Shown: one piece after another, positions 38,428 through 51,954 of the stretch | How positions within the stretch are numbered: the stretch's first letter is position 1 | Layout: every line of letters begins with the position of its first letter | Origin: Leucoraja ocellata | Lineage: Eukaryota | Reading direction: 5' to 3' | NCBI GenBank assembly: GCA_036785375.1 | Contig: JAWMAR010000026.1 | Span: forward strand, 7,998,001 to 8,062,000 | Length of the DNA: 64,000 bases | The notes under the pieces: model-generated | Told to the model about the DNA's origin: nothing | Databases searched by the model: none | The model's input: only the letters and a program-made list of their open reading frames with translations | Translations under genes and position numbers: made by a program

Positions 38428-38479
38428 CGGCGCAGCTGATGTGAAGAACAATCAATTGCAGTAAGACACGTGTCATCAT
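38428..38479 (-). CDS. Gene C exon 1: signal peptide (MMTRVLLQLIVLHISCA)
   Basis: ATG at 38479, 52 bp, donor G|gtatat. Two synonymous differences from the gene A leader. Confidence 0.85.
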
Positions 38480-41400
38480 TCACGGCAAAACTGCAGAGAA
38501 CAGTCGACTGAAACAAGTGTCGAATAAATAGTGAGCGAGGAATACCGCGAGTATGCTTGGGTTCAGTGGGTGTGCCGGAAAGTGAGTCTGCTCATGCTCA
38601 TCTCATGGATGAGCTGCCTCTCTACGCATTGACGCGGATCAAAGGTGAAGTTAGTGGCCGCTCACACGTTTCCGAAAACTTCACAAAGCATTTGCTGAAC
38701 AACTACAGAAATTCAATGCAGCTAGAAATGGCTGCCATGTAATCTATGTAATCTATTGAGCAATGTCCTCGTACTGATCGTCGCGAATGTGGTGTCCAAG
38801 GTCGACCTATGTGAAAATACAGTGACGTTTCGCAGATGCGCCCTGCTTTGATTGCGCCAATACTTTCCATTCAACACGCCATGATGCTAAGCAAGCTAAA
38901 TCATCAGCAAGTAAATGGAGCCTTTCCAGACACCGTTCAGCCCCCTCCTCCTCCACCCCATGCCCAGCCTTCGCTGCAGTTTACTGCCGTATGACATGCA
39001 ATGCGCCAGAGGGTCACACTGCTGAGTTCTTTGCTAATTGAAAGGGTCATTCGTGATTGGCGATTCGTCGAGGATGTATATCCCTATTTCTCCGTTGTCA
39101 CAGAATTAAACAAAAAAGATCGCTTTCGATTCCGGAACTACGTCAGGAGTCAAAAGAACAAGAAATAGAACTGAAGATAGACACAACATGCTGGAGTAAC
39201 TCAGCGGTACAGCAGCATCTCTAGGGAGAAGAAGGGTCTCGACCCGAAACGTCACCCATTTCTTCTCTCCAGAGATGCTGCCAAGCCCGCTGAGTTACTC
39301 CAGCATTTTGTGTCTACCTTCGATTTCAACCAGCATCTGCAGTTCTTTCTGACACATTTTGTCCGCTCCACTGCGAAATCTCCTCAAGGTATGTCTACTT
39401 TGAAGGAATAAAACTGTCCGAAGAAGGGTCTCGACCCGAAACGTCACCCATCCCTTCTCTCCAGAGAGGCTGTTTGTCCCGCGGATTTACTTTGTGTCTA
39501 TCTTCCGCAAAATCAAAACGTTGGGAACAGGAAATATGCCGTCTGAACACTCAAGGCTGCCCCACCTTTCAGCAATTGCTTAATCCACCCTTGCCTCGAA
39601 TTCTCCTTCTATGTCACTTCCCCATAGACTTCCATCCCCTGATATATCAAACCAAATATCGGTCATCCCATTAAGACTTTCAATAATCTACCTTCATAAC
39701 TCCATGGGGAAATGAGATTCAAGGGGAAGAAGAAAGGAAAAAGGAGGAGGTGTTGTGTGTGCCTGGAATGCGCTGAGTGGGGTGGTGGAGGCAGATACGA
39801 TAGCAAGGGAGTTTACCTTTGCTTTGGATCCCGGGTCACTGTTGTGACTGGTTCAGAGCTCAATTCTACGTTCTTCTCGTGATGGCAGGTGGTGATCAAC
39901 CATGGCAATCTGTTCGGTGTAGAAATTGTGAGTCGAGAGCTGTTCTTGAGATGTACATTTCTGTGTTTTACGGTCTTAGAGAAAAGTTGTACAACCAGTC
40001 ACTTATTTCCATTAGTTCAAACATAATTTATGCTAATACGCAAGACTTCTCGTTGTTCGATTTCGGGGAGCAGAATTCCCATCTTCAGAGATGTAGAGCC
40101 TTTGATCGTTCACGCTGACCTGTTATATTGAATGCTGCGGCGTAGTGGCATTGTAAATTGCAAGGGTTATCATTTGCGATGTCACCACTGGATTACATTC
40201 CAATTCGTGCCAGACACCGGCATTTCTCAAGAAAATAAGGGAACTGTTGAAAACGGCGCCAATGTTATCTGGTGCCTTCTGCCCTCACAACTATCTTCCA
40301 CCAACAGTGGTCATATATTCCCTCGCAGATTTTTGCTTCTCATGTGCTCGCTTTCAAGAGTGAGTTAGATTTAACTGTTGGGGCTAAGGGAATCAAGGGA
40401 TATGGGGGGAAAGTCGGAACGGAGTACTGATTTTGGATGACTAGCCATGATCATATTGAATGGCGGTGCTGGCTTAAAGGGCCGAATGGCCTACCCCTGC
40501 ACCTATTTTCTATGTCTCTATGTCCTATGCTTCTTTGAATCCGGAGGCGTAGTCAGCCTTAAAAGCAAAGTTCCCAGTGTCTTGTTTTAGGTCGTGAGTC
40601 ATTGATGTGGCGGGTTCTGGGATCAGTTCCACGTTCTTCAGGTGATGACTGGTTAATGGAGAAGGGTTCAAGAACAGAACCAATAACAAGGATGGCTGAA
40701 GCAAGGAGGTGAATGCAGAATTGAATGTTAAAGAATCTACAACCAGGCTTCGTCAGTGGTGCCAGCGCATGGTCCACCTTAATTTCCTTTCTGAAATCCT
40801 CGACAACCTGACAATCCCAATCATTCTGCGTGATCTAAAGGAAAGGTTTAGTGCACATGATGGAGCAAAGAATGAGGAACCAGAAAACATCCAGTCTGCA
40901 GTCCAAGGATTTGTAATCTGGAACTAATTACATTTTGAATTAAATTGCAGATCTGTGCAGCCAAGTACTTGCATTTACCTTCCAATTTGAAAACACATCC
41001 ATTCTGCTCATTGGTCGGTTTTCAATATGCCGTTTCCCAAACAGCGTATACCATCTATAACGTGCGTAACGTTACTTGCCTGTGCTGGGCTGACTACGTC
41101 ACATCCACCTCTGCAAACCACAGAATATGTAATTTGGAAGTAGATTAAGATTAGCCCATTGTCGTTATATCTAATTGCTGGAGCACCCAATAACACTATG
41201 ACAACGCTATTAGCAGGCCAGTTGTGATTTGTGTTTCAATGGTTCAATTGTTCTTTATTTTCACGTATGCATTGCACAGTCAAATTATTTTTGCACAACT
41301 CACACACACACAGTCACCATGTTTTGGCGCCTCTTACAAAAAGAAAAAGACGGAAGTCCACATGCTGGATGCATGGGAGCGCACCCGATCCAGATGAGGC

Positions 41401-41778
41401 GAAGTGTGCCCCAATCTGATGCAGTGCCTCCTCCATTGCCCTTGACGGGTTTGGTCGTGAACCGACATCCCTCCCTTCGCCAGACCCGCGGGCGCTTCCC
41501 GCAGCTGACCTTGATGTTTAGGGATGGGCAGTGAAATGGGCCTTGCAGTGAATCAACAACATATAAAATCAATGAGTAAAATTAATTATCCCAAATTTCT
41601 GGTCACGAGGAAAATGGAATCCTACCAAATCTAAGTCGGTTCCAATAACGTAATGCCTCTAATTCCACCCTTTGTTGCTATCTGAAAGCCTTGAAACGTA
41701 TTTTCTCGCAAGTGTCTATTCAGGGTCATCTTAAAGGATAAAAGCAATGAGTTGGCTATAATCTTTCATGTTATCTGT

Positions 41779-43281
41779 AAACATAGAAACATAGAAACAT
41801 AGAAATTAGGTGCAGGAGTAGGCCATTCGGCCCTTCGAGCCTGCACCGCCATTCAATATGATCATGGCTGATCATCCAACTCAGTATCCCGTACCTGCCT
41901 TCTCTCCATACCCCCTGATCCCCTTAGCCACAAGGGCCACATCTAACTCCCTCTTAAATATAGCCAATGAACTGGCCTTAACTGCCCTCTGTGGCAGAGA
42001 GTTCCAGAGATTCACCACTCTCTGTGTGAAAAAAGTTCTTCTCATCTCGGTTTTAAAGGATTCCCCCTTTATCCTTAAGCTGTGACCCCTTGTCCTGGAC
42101 TTCCCTAACATCGGGAACAATCTTCCTGCATCTAGCCTGTCCAACCCCTTAAGAATTTTGTAAGTTTCTATAAGATCCCCTCTCAATCTTCTAAATTCTA
42201 GAGAGTATAAACCAAGTCTATCCAGTCTTTCTTCATAAGACAGTCCTGACATCCCAGGAATCAGTCTGGTGAACCGTCTCTGCACTCCCTCTATGGCAAT
42301 AATGTCCTTCCTCAGATTTGGAGACCAAAACTGTACGCAATACTCCAGGTGTGGTCTCACCAAGACCCTGTACAACTGCAGTAGAACCTCCCTGCTCCTA
42401 TACTCAAATCCTTTTGCAATGAAAGCTAACATACCATTCGCTTTCTTTACTGCCTGCTGCACCTGCATGCCTACCTTCAATGACTGGTGTACCATGACAC
42501 CCAGGTCTCGCTGCATCTCCCCCTTTCCCAATCGGCCACCATTTAGATAATAGTCTGCTTTCCTGTTTTTGCCACCAAAATGGATAACCTCGCATTTATC
42601 CACATTATACTGCATCTGCCAAACATTTGCCCACTCACCCAGCCTATCCAAGTCACCCTGCAGTCTCCTAGCATCCTCCTCACAGCTAACACTGCTCCCC
42701 AGCTTAGTGTCATCCGCAAACTTGGAGATATTGCCTTCAATTCCCTCATCCAGATCATTAATATATATTGTAAATAGCTGGGGTCCCAGTACTGAGCCTT
42801 GGGGTACCCCACTAGTCACTGCCTGCCATTGTGAAAAGGACCCGTTTACTCCTACTCTTTGCTTCCTGTTTGCCAGCCAGTTCTCTATCCACATCAATAC
42901 TGAACCCCCAATGCCTTGTGCTTTAAGTTTGTATACTAATCTCTTATGTGGGACCTTGTCGAAAGCCTTCTGGAAGTCCAGATACACCACATGCACTGGT
43001 TCTCCCCTATCCACGCTACTAGTTACATCCTCGAAAAATTCTATAAGATTCGTCAGACATGATTTACCTTTCGTAAATCCATGCTGACTTTGTCCAATGA
43101 TTTCACCACTTTCCAAATGTGCTGCTATCCCATCTTTAATAACTGACTCTAGCAGTTTCCCCACTACCGATGTTAGACTAACTGGTCTGTAATTCCCCAT
43201 TTTCTCTCTCCCTCCCTTCTTAAAAAGTGGGGTTACGTTTGCTACCCGCCAATCTTCAGGAACTACTCCAGAATCTAAAGA
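41779..43281 (-). mobile_element. Young 5'-truncated CR1 LINE with an uninterrupted 439-aa RT portion
   Basis: NYRPVSLTS, YLDFQKAFD, GVPQGSVLGP, KFADD; (TTTCTATG)n tail. Confidence 0.95.
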
Positions 43282-45245
43282 TTCGTAGAATCGACCAATT
43301 CAAGATGCGAAGTAGGATGGGGGAAATTGAGGGGATGTCTTATATCGAGGACAAGCAAAGGAGGGGGAAAGATACATTTTAGAGGGGCAATAGTCCAGTC
43401 CCGACTAGATAGGCCAAATGGCTGCATCTATATATCTTTGCAATTTTTTGGAGGAGCTTAGAGGAGCTGTTCCCAAACAATGCTGTAATGCACCCCGATA
43501 ATATGCTTTCTACAGCACATCTGTTGAGGTTGGTGAGAATTGTTGAGGATGTGCTGAACTTCCTAAACCTTTTGAGGAAGTAGAGGGGTCAGTGTGCTTT
43601 CTTGCCCATGACTTTGATATGGCTAGTCCAGGCCAAGTTGCTAATGATATTTACTCCTAGAAACCTGAAGTTTCAACCATCTCTACTTTGGTGCCATCAA
43701 TGTATACTACTTTGCTTCCTGTGGTTGATCACTATCTCTTTTTTATTGTAATTATATGTCATTATTTGATATGTGGCCCACTGTGGTGGTGTCGCCCACA
43801 GCGGGATGCTCTCAGGAAGGTTTCAGTGAGAGCAAAATTGTTAACTCTGAATGTTGCCTTTAGGATGCCTGCGATGCAGGCACGTCAATTTCCCTGCCTC
43901 TGGGGCCTGATGGGGAAGCCTATTGTCTCCTTTCAATGAGCCTGAGGTTAGGCAACCTCAGCAATGCAGCAGTGAGTACCAAATTATGAGCAGCGGCAGA
44001 GATCAAGAGCAACAACCTGGAATGATCCTTAAACTTGCAAGGTGAGAGTGGTTGTGACATGAAATTCCTATCTTTTTGTAGCTTATCTCCACTTTGGAGT
44101 AGACCAGCAGAGCGCTTTTATAGTTCAAGTTCCCGTCTTTCCCAACACAGACAAAAATACACACATACAAGAGCACACATTGCAGAACTTCCGATCTGAG
44201 TGCTGGTTTCCACTCAATCCTCGGTGATCTTCTGCTTCATTCATACAGGATTTTTTACTTGTAAATATTCCCGATCCTTTTTATTGAATTGTTCAGCTAC
44301 AGATGGGTTAAGTGTAACATTCCTTGGCAGGAAATTTGCAGGAGAGGATTCTGCGAGATAAGATATACATGCATTGAGAGAGATGGGTTGATTAAAGGTT
44401 GGTTTTGTACAAGGGAGATTGTGTCTCAGGAATTTATAGCGTCATAGTCATACAGGATGGAAAGCGGTCCTTTGACTCAGCTTGTCCCTGCCAACCAATG
44501 TACCCTACCTGCACTAGTCCCACCTATCTTTAGCCCATATCACTCCTAACCAATCCAATCCATGTGCTTATCCAAAAGTCTCTTAAATGGTGTTATATTT
44601 TCTGATTCAACTACCTCCTCCACAGCTCATTCTATATATCCACCGCTCTCAGTGAAAAAGTCACTTGTCCGATTCCTCTGCTCTGAGTAAAAGACTATGT
44701 GCATCTATCCTGTTTCCTTCATGATCTCATACACATTTCATCCTCCTATGCTCAGAGTATTCCAAATCTACCCTTCCCAACCTCTCCTTATACCTTCTTA
44801 AAGCTCAGGTCCTCAAATCTTGGCAACATAACATAAGAAACAGGAGGCAAAGACCAATTCACTCCTTGAACCAGGTCTGCCTTTAAATAAAACTAGACTA
44901 AGTGGGTCCCAACGGGTCCCTTTCACACAGGAGACTTGGTCCCCCAGCATATTATTCCACCACTCACCCATAGCACCCAACTGCACAGGCGCAGCTCATT
45001 TCCCCTCATCCCTAGCACTCTCTCCCCCTCCCTCTCCTTTACCCTCTCCTCCTACCCTCCAACAATCCCTCCCTCACCTCTCTCTCACTCTCTTTTCCCC
45101 ACCCTCAGTTACTCCCTCCCTCCATAACCCCTATCCCCTCCCTACCCCCCTCATGTCCCTCTATCCCCCACCTCCCCCACTCCTCACATGCCCTATCCCC
45201 CCACTATCCCTCCTCACGCCCCCCACTGCCCTCCCCTCCCTCTAT

Positions 45246-48200
45246 TCAGTTAGAAATTGGCAAGTATGATGTTGTGGGAATTACAGAGACATGGCTGCAA
45301 GAGGGCCAGGGCTGGGAACTGAAGGGTGCACCTCCTATCGAAAAGACAGACAGGTGGGCAGAGGGGTTGGGGTAGCTCTGTTGGTGAGGAATGAAATTCA
45401 GTCCCTTGCAATGGGTGACATTGGAACAGGAGAAGTGGAGTCAGTATGGATAGAACTAAGGAATTGTAAGGGTAAAAATACCCTAATGGAACATCTACAG
45501 GCCCCCAAACAGTAGACTGGACATAGGGTGCAAGTTGAATCAGGAGTTAAATTTGGCATATAGCAAAAGTAATGCTGTGCTGTTATGGGAGATTTCAACA
45601 TGCAGGTAGACTGAAAAAAACAGGTTGGTACTGGACCCCAAGAAAGGGACTTTGTTGAGTGCCTTTGTGATGGATCCATAGAGCAGCCTGTATTGCAGTC
45701 TACCAGGGAGAAGGCAATTCTGGATTTAGTGATATGCAATGAACCAGATTAGATAAAGGAACTTGAGGTTAACGAGCCATTAGGAGGCAGCGGCCATAAT
45801 ATGGTCAGGTTTAATCTACAATTGGAGAGGGAGAAGGGTAGATCGGAGGTGTCAGTGTTACAGTTGAATAAAGGGGACTATAGGGTCATGAGGAGGAGCT
45901 GGCCAAAGTTGACTGGAAAGATAACCTAGCAGGGATGACAGTGGAACAACAATGGCAGGTATTTCTTGGAATAATACAGAAGGTGCAGGATCAGTTCATT
46001 CCTAGGAGAAAGAAAGATTCCAAGGGGAGTAAGGGGTGACCGTGGCTGACAAGGGACATCAGGGATAGTATAAAAATAAAAGGGAAGAAGTACAATGTAG
46101 CATAGATGAGCGGGAAACAAAAGGATTGGGTAATGTTTAAAGAGCAACAGAAGATAACTAAAATGACAATATGGGGATAAATGATGAGGCACGAAGGTAA
46201 GCTAGCCAAGAATATAAAGGAGGATAGTAAAAGCTTCTTTAGGTATGTGAAGAGGAAAAAATTAGATAAGACCAAAGATGGACCCTTGAAGACCAGTTGA
46301 GTTGAACAGGTACTTTGGATCTGTCTTCACTAAGGAGGACACAAACAATCTTCCTGAAATAGTAGTGCCCAGAGGATCTGGGGTGAGGGAGGAACTGAAG
46401 GAAATGGTGTTGGGTAGACTGATGGGACTGAAGGCTGATAAATCCCCAGGCCTGATGGTCTGCATCCCAGGGTACTTAAGGAAGTGGGTCTAGAAATCGT
46501 GGATGCATTGGTGATAATTTTCCAATGTTCTATCGACTGAGGATCAGTTCCTGTGGATTGGAGGGTAACTAATGTTATCCCAGTTTTTAAGAAAGGCGGG
46601 AGAGAGAAAACAGGGAATTATAGACCAGTTAGCCTGACATCAGTGGTGGGGAAGATGCTGGAGTCAATTATAAAAGATGAAATAGCCGCACATTTGGATA
46701 GCAGTAACAGAATCGGTCTGAGTCAGCTTGGATTTACAAAGGGGAAATCATGCTTGACTAATCTTCTGGAATTTTTTGAGGATGTAACTTGGAAAATGGA
46801 CAAGGGAGAGCCAGTGGATGTAGTGTACCTGGACTTTCAGAAAGCATTTGATAAGGTCCCACATAGGAGATTAGTGGGCAAAATTAGGGCACATGGTATT
46901 GGGGGTAGAGTGCTGACATGGATAGATAATTGGTTGGCAGGCAGGAAACAAAGAGTAGGGATTAACGGGTCCCTTTCAGAATGGCAGCCAGTGACTAGTA
47001 GATACCGCAAGGCTCGGTGCTGGGACCGCAGCTATTTACAATATACATCAATGATTTGGATGAAGGGATTCAAAGTAACATTAGCGAATTTGCAGATGAC
47101 ACAAAGCTGGGTGGCAGTGTGAACTGTGAGGAGGATGCTATGAGAATGCAGGGTGACTTCGACAGGTTGGGGGATATGAAGTTTAATGTGGATAAATGTG
47201 AGGTTATCCACTTTGGTATCAAAAACAGGAAGGCAGATTACTATCCAAATAGTGTCAAGTTGGGAAAAGGGGAAGTGCAATGGGATCTGGGGGGTCCTTG
47301 TTCATCAGTCTATCCAAGTAAGCATGCAGGTACAACAGGCAGTGTACAACAGGCAGTGAAGAAAGCGAATGGCATGTTGGCCTTTATAACAAGAGTCGAG
47401 TATAGGAGCAAAGAGGTCCTTCTGCAGTTGTACAGGGCCCTAGTGAGACCACAGGCAGTGTACAACAGGCAGTGAAGAAAGCGAATGGCATGTTGGCCTT
47501 TATAACAAGAGTCGAGTATAGGAGCAAAGAGGTCCTTCTGCAGTTGTACAGGGCCCTAGTGAGACCACACCTGGAGTATTGTGTGCAGTTTGTGTCCTGT
47601 AATTTGAGGAAGGACATTCTTGCTATTGAGGGAGTGCAGCGTAGGTTTCCCGGGATGGCGGGACTGTCATATGCTAAGAGAATGGAGCGGCTGGGCTTGT
47701 ACACTCTGGAGTTTAGAAGGATGAGAGGGTATCTTATTGAAACATAGAAGATTGTTAAGGGTTTGGACACGCTAGAGGCAGGAAACATGTTCCCGATGTA
47801 GGGGGAGTCCAGAACCAGGGGACACAGTTTAAGAATAAAGGGTAAGCCATTTAGAACGGAGATGAGGAAACACTTTTTCTCGCAGAGAGTTGTGAGTGTG
47901 GAATTCTCTGCCTCAGAGATTGGTGGAGGCCGGTTCTCTGGATACTTTCTTTTTTTATAATTTTATTTATTAGAAGTAAGTACAATACAGTGGTACCTTT
48001 TTACAAGTACCCAAAATTATGTTAACATATTACATTCACTGTACGACTTCCTTTTTTTTTAAAGAGAAAAGTAAGAAGAGGAAAAGGAAAAAGAGGTTGG
48101 AGAAAGTAAAGGATAGGCTAGTGAGCGTGAGTGAAAGGCAGATAGAAAAAAGTGAAGAAAATAAATCAGTGAAGAGGGAAAGCAGGAGGGAGTTTATTCA

Positions 48201-49100
48201 ATCACCACAAGGAGATGATTTTTAATGTTCTAGATCGTCTTTCACCCATACATGAAACTTTTAATTTTCACGATTTTAAATGTTGGTATGTTAGCATTTT
48301 TCCAAAATTTAAGTATGAGTTTTTTTGCTATTATTAACCCATAATTGAAGAATGAGTTTTGGTGTATATTTAATTTGTTCCCATCTCCACTTACTCCAAA
48401 TATAATCATTTCAGTATTAGGATCAATTTTTTTAAATCTTAAATAGCTTTGAGAATATATCAAATATGTTACACCAAAATTTATAATGTTTTGTACAAGA
48501 AACAAATGAGTGTGTAATATTGGCATTTTGAGAAAGACATTTATCACAGATGGGAGAAATATTTGGATAACATTTATTCAACCTAGTTATTGAATAATAT
48601 AATCTATGTAACATTTTAAATTGAATTAAATTATGTCTAGCATTGCTCGAACATTTATGTATATGTATCAAATACTTTTCCCATGTTTCTTTTGAGATTT
48701 TTGTCATCAATTATTTTTCCCAGCCTTCACCAATTGCATCTGTTGATGGTAATTCTATGTTTAAAATACTGTTATATAGGTATGATATTATTTTTTTTTA
48801 CTCCGCCTTGATATACATTGCTTCTCCCAGTGGATCTAAAATTATACTTTGAAATCTTGATATATATTTCTTCATAAAATCACATACCTGTAGATATTTA
48901 AATTATTGGTTGTTATTCAATTTAAATTTTGCTCTGGATACTTTCAAGAGAGAGCTAGATAGGGCTCTTAAAAATAGCGGAGTCTGGGGATATGGGGAGA
49001 AGGCAGGAACGGGGTACTGATTGTGAATGATCAGCCAATATCATATTGAATGGTAGTTCTGGCTTGAAGGACTGAATGGCCTACTCCTGCACCTATTGTC
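45246..49100 (+). mobile_element. Near full-length degenerate CR1 ORF2 (APE endonuclease plus RT), interrupted by an L1 fragment
   Basis: GITETWL, ESVWIEL, MGDFN, NYRPVSLTS, FADD. The 3' UTR resumes at 48946. Confidence 0.9.
47950..48931 (-). mobile_element. 5'-truncated L1-clade LINE fragment with poly(A) and 14-bp TSD
   Basis: Cys-rich C-terminal domain (QFKMLHRLY, CDKC, H, C). TSD ctctggatactttc at 47936-47949 and 48932-48945. Confidence 0.85.
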
Positions 49101-50022
49101 TATTCCCCCCCTCCCTACCTCCCCCACCCCGCCTTCTCTACTCCCCATTCTCTCCCTCCTCACCTCCTCCCTCTTCTTTTCCTTCTCCTCATACCCTCCC
49201 CAATTCCTCCCTCACCTCTCCTTTCCCCTACCCTTAGACACTCCCTCCCTCCCTCCCTCCATAACTCCTCCCCATCCCTACTTCCCTTCTCTCCCTCTAT
49301 CCCCTCTCCTCCCCCACTCTCCCTGCCCAGGATCTCGAGGTTGCCGCTCCTCTCCCTTCTTGCGTGCCCCGGAGGAGCATCAGCCGTTGGCGTGGACCCT
49401 CGGCTTGTCCCGGAAGCGCCAGCAGCTACGGCCATGCTGGCGTGTGGGGGGAGGAAGGGGAGGGTGGAGAGCTCGGAGAAAAGACGGGGAAAGAGCCATG
49501 GGGTAGAGGGAGTATCATGGGGAAGGGGGACAGGAGCCAGCGAGGGGGACCCGAGGGGAAGGGGCTGGAGCTGCATGGTGTTATGATGGCGCTGCGGTTG
49601 GGACTGATAGCAGGCACTGGATGCTATCCTGCACCGGGATCAGATTCTCCGCTTTCCGTTTGGCGACGTCTCCCGGGCCAGGCCTGGCCGCTTCCGGTCC
49701 CTCCAAAAATGATGTGTGGTTTGAGACTTCCGCTGGCCACCCACAGCGCCCCTCAGCTCCAGTAAAGATTTAATGGCGCAGGATGGGGCGGACCGTCCCG
49801 GAGAGTGACAGGTGAAGAGACTAATTTTAAGATTTTAAACCTCGTTAACTTTTACAATAAACCACTGATCGAAACGAAACCTGTTGCACACGCAACACAG
49901 GAGAACGGTGAGTAAGGTGGTGAAAAATCGTAGCGCTATAGCATACCTTTTTGCGCAAATAGGAAAAACGCGCAAACTGGAAGAGCACAAGATCAGAGTT
50001 TTAGTTACAGTATGTATTATGT

Positions 50023-50110
<88 letters not shown>
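50023..50110. repeat. (ACAG)n microsatellite
   Basis: Direct inspection. Confidence 0.95.
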
Positions 50111-50111
<1 letters not shown>

Positions 50112-50691
50112 GGCTGAATCAATCTTGGTCTCAAAACAGCTGCCTTAGTGTCTCCCCATACCATTCAACCTCTTGTAATTCAAATGTCCAGCAGCCACAC
50201 CTCCAGCATTAGCCAAGACAAGCATATGAACAGGCACAAATTGGAGTGATATGACCATGTACAGGCAGATGGGATTAGTTTGAATTGGTATCATTGGCTG
50301 TGCAGACATTGTAGGCTGAATGTACTGTTCCGGTGCTGAACTATGTTTTATGTAAAGTGCAGGCATTAGTTAATCTGTGAATTTACTGAGCAGTGCAAGC
50401 TGACTGCGGGCTTGTCAATAGTTATGGGAGGGTAGAACCAGCTTCCAAACACACCATCTGATGCTTCCTTTCATGTTCTGAGAATCCAGGGAAAACAATT
50501 ATATTTTACCGTGGAACATCCACATTAACAAGAAAGTTAAAATAACAACTGAAAACTCTGGAATTATTTTCAGCATTTCTGTTTGTATTTCCTTCATGCT
50601 CATGCGACAGTCATCTCGGAGAGTCTCCATGCAGAGGATGCAGTCAAACGCTGCCAGCAAATTGTTGCTGTGGGAAATATAAAGACAATAT

Positions 50692-51576
50692 AGGTGGTTT
50701 GCACGTAAGGTCACTGGGTCATAGGGCTTGACGCACGGAGCCGCTCAATCCAGCTGGAGGACATCCGTCACTTCCGGTATATGTTATTAATGCTAGAAAC
50801 GCGTACTTTCCTACCTGTTAAAAACCGCCAAAATGTTGAATTTATATGCTGAAAAAAATTGTGGAAGTTGGGGTAAGTGTGAGAGACATGTACCCAACTT
50901 TAGAATTCCAAACGTGAAGCAAAATGAAGGTAAAGAGAAGCGAGAGCTGAAGGAACTACAGCAGCTAAAGTGCTTGGCGAACATTGGCCGTGCAGATATC
51001 GGAATTGAAAATATTGGGAATTATCACGTTTGCTCACTGCATTTCATCAACAGTAAGGCATTATTTGTGTGTTTTCTTGATTCCTTTGGTATCTAAAAAG
51101 TCTCAGAAGTGATCAATCTGGCTGTAAATTTTTCTTCAGATGCGTTTTTATTTTGTATGTAAAAACCCACTTGAGAACTATGGGCGATTTAAAAAAATTA
51201 CAGCCAGATTGATCACTTTTAGATGCCAAAGAAATCAAGGAAAAACACAAATAATGCCTTAGTTGATGAAATGCAGTGAGCAAACGGCCAATGTTCGCTA
51301 AGCACTCTGGCTGTTGTTGTCCCTTCAGCTCTTGTATATACTGTCATTTTTCCTCACTTTTGGAATTCTAAAGTAGAATAAATGTCTCACACGCTTATCC
51401 CGATTTCCATAATTATTTGCAGCGCAAAAATTGACATTTTCGGCGGGTTTTAACGGGCCCGCTACGCTGGAAACAATGTAAATGCTTACCTGCAGTACAT
51501 CGCGTGTAATCCATTTGGAGTAGCCTAGCAACAGTACGGGTCATGGGTCGTCACCCGACTGCCGTGAAACCTCCCT
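50692..51576. mobile_element. Palindromic non-autonomous DNA transposon built from two inverted THAP-domain remnants
   Basis: Plus arm encodes FRIP...CLANIGR...VCSLHF; minus arm encodes VNFCAANNYGNR...FRIPKV. Imperfect terminal repeats flanked by caatat/atattg. Confidence 0.72.
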
Positions 51577-51954
51577 ATATTGCAGAATCCACAATCTCTA
51601 ATCTCCTTCAATTTTTTTACACTACAATTGTTACGCTCTATCAATTGTGTATGATTTAGTTAGGTCTAGTATTATTTCACTCGATCATATGCAAAATAGA
51701 ACATTTCATGGAATCTAGGTATACATGACAATAAAATAACTATTGAACTTTTGAACTAATGGAAAAATGGAGCTCATCCATGAACAAATGACAAGCAACT
51801 AATATGAGGACAGAGTATGTGAGTTTGCAAGGTGGAGCTGTGTGCATTCAGAACACCTATCTGGGCACAAAGGACTGGAAATGCTGATTTTCAAAAAAAG
51901 ATACAAAGTGCTGGAGTAACGCAACTGGACAGGCAGCATCTCTGGAGAACACAG

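Larger units (their letters stand above)
36648..39710 (+). repeat. Segmental duplication copy 2 (paralog of 1-3000)
   Basis: Colinear with 1-3000 apart from copy-specific transposon insertions. Confidence 0.9.

Noticed and set aside
47337-47568. About 116-bp tandem duplication inside CR1
   Set aside because: Near-identical local duplication in a dead element; may be an assembly artefact and has no functional sign.
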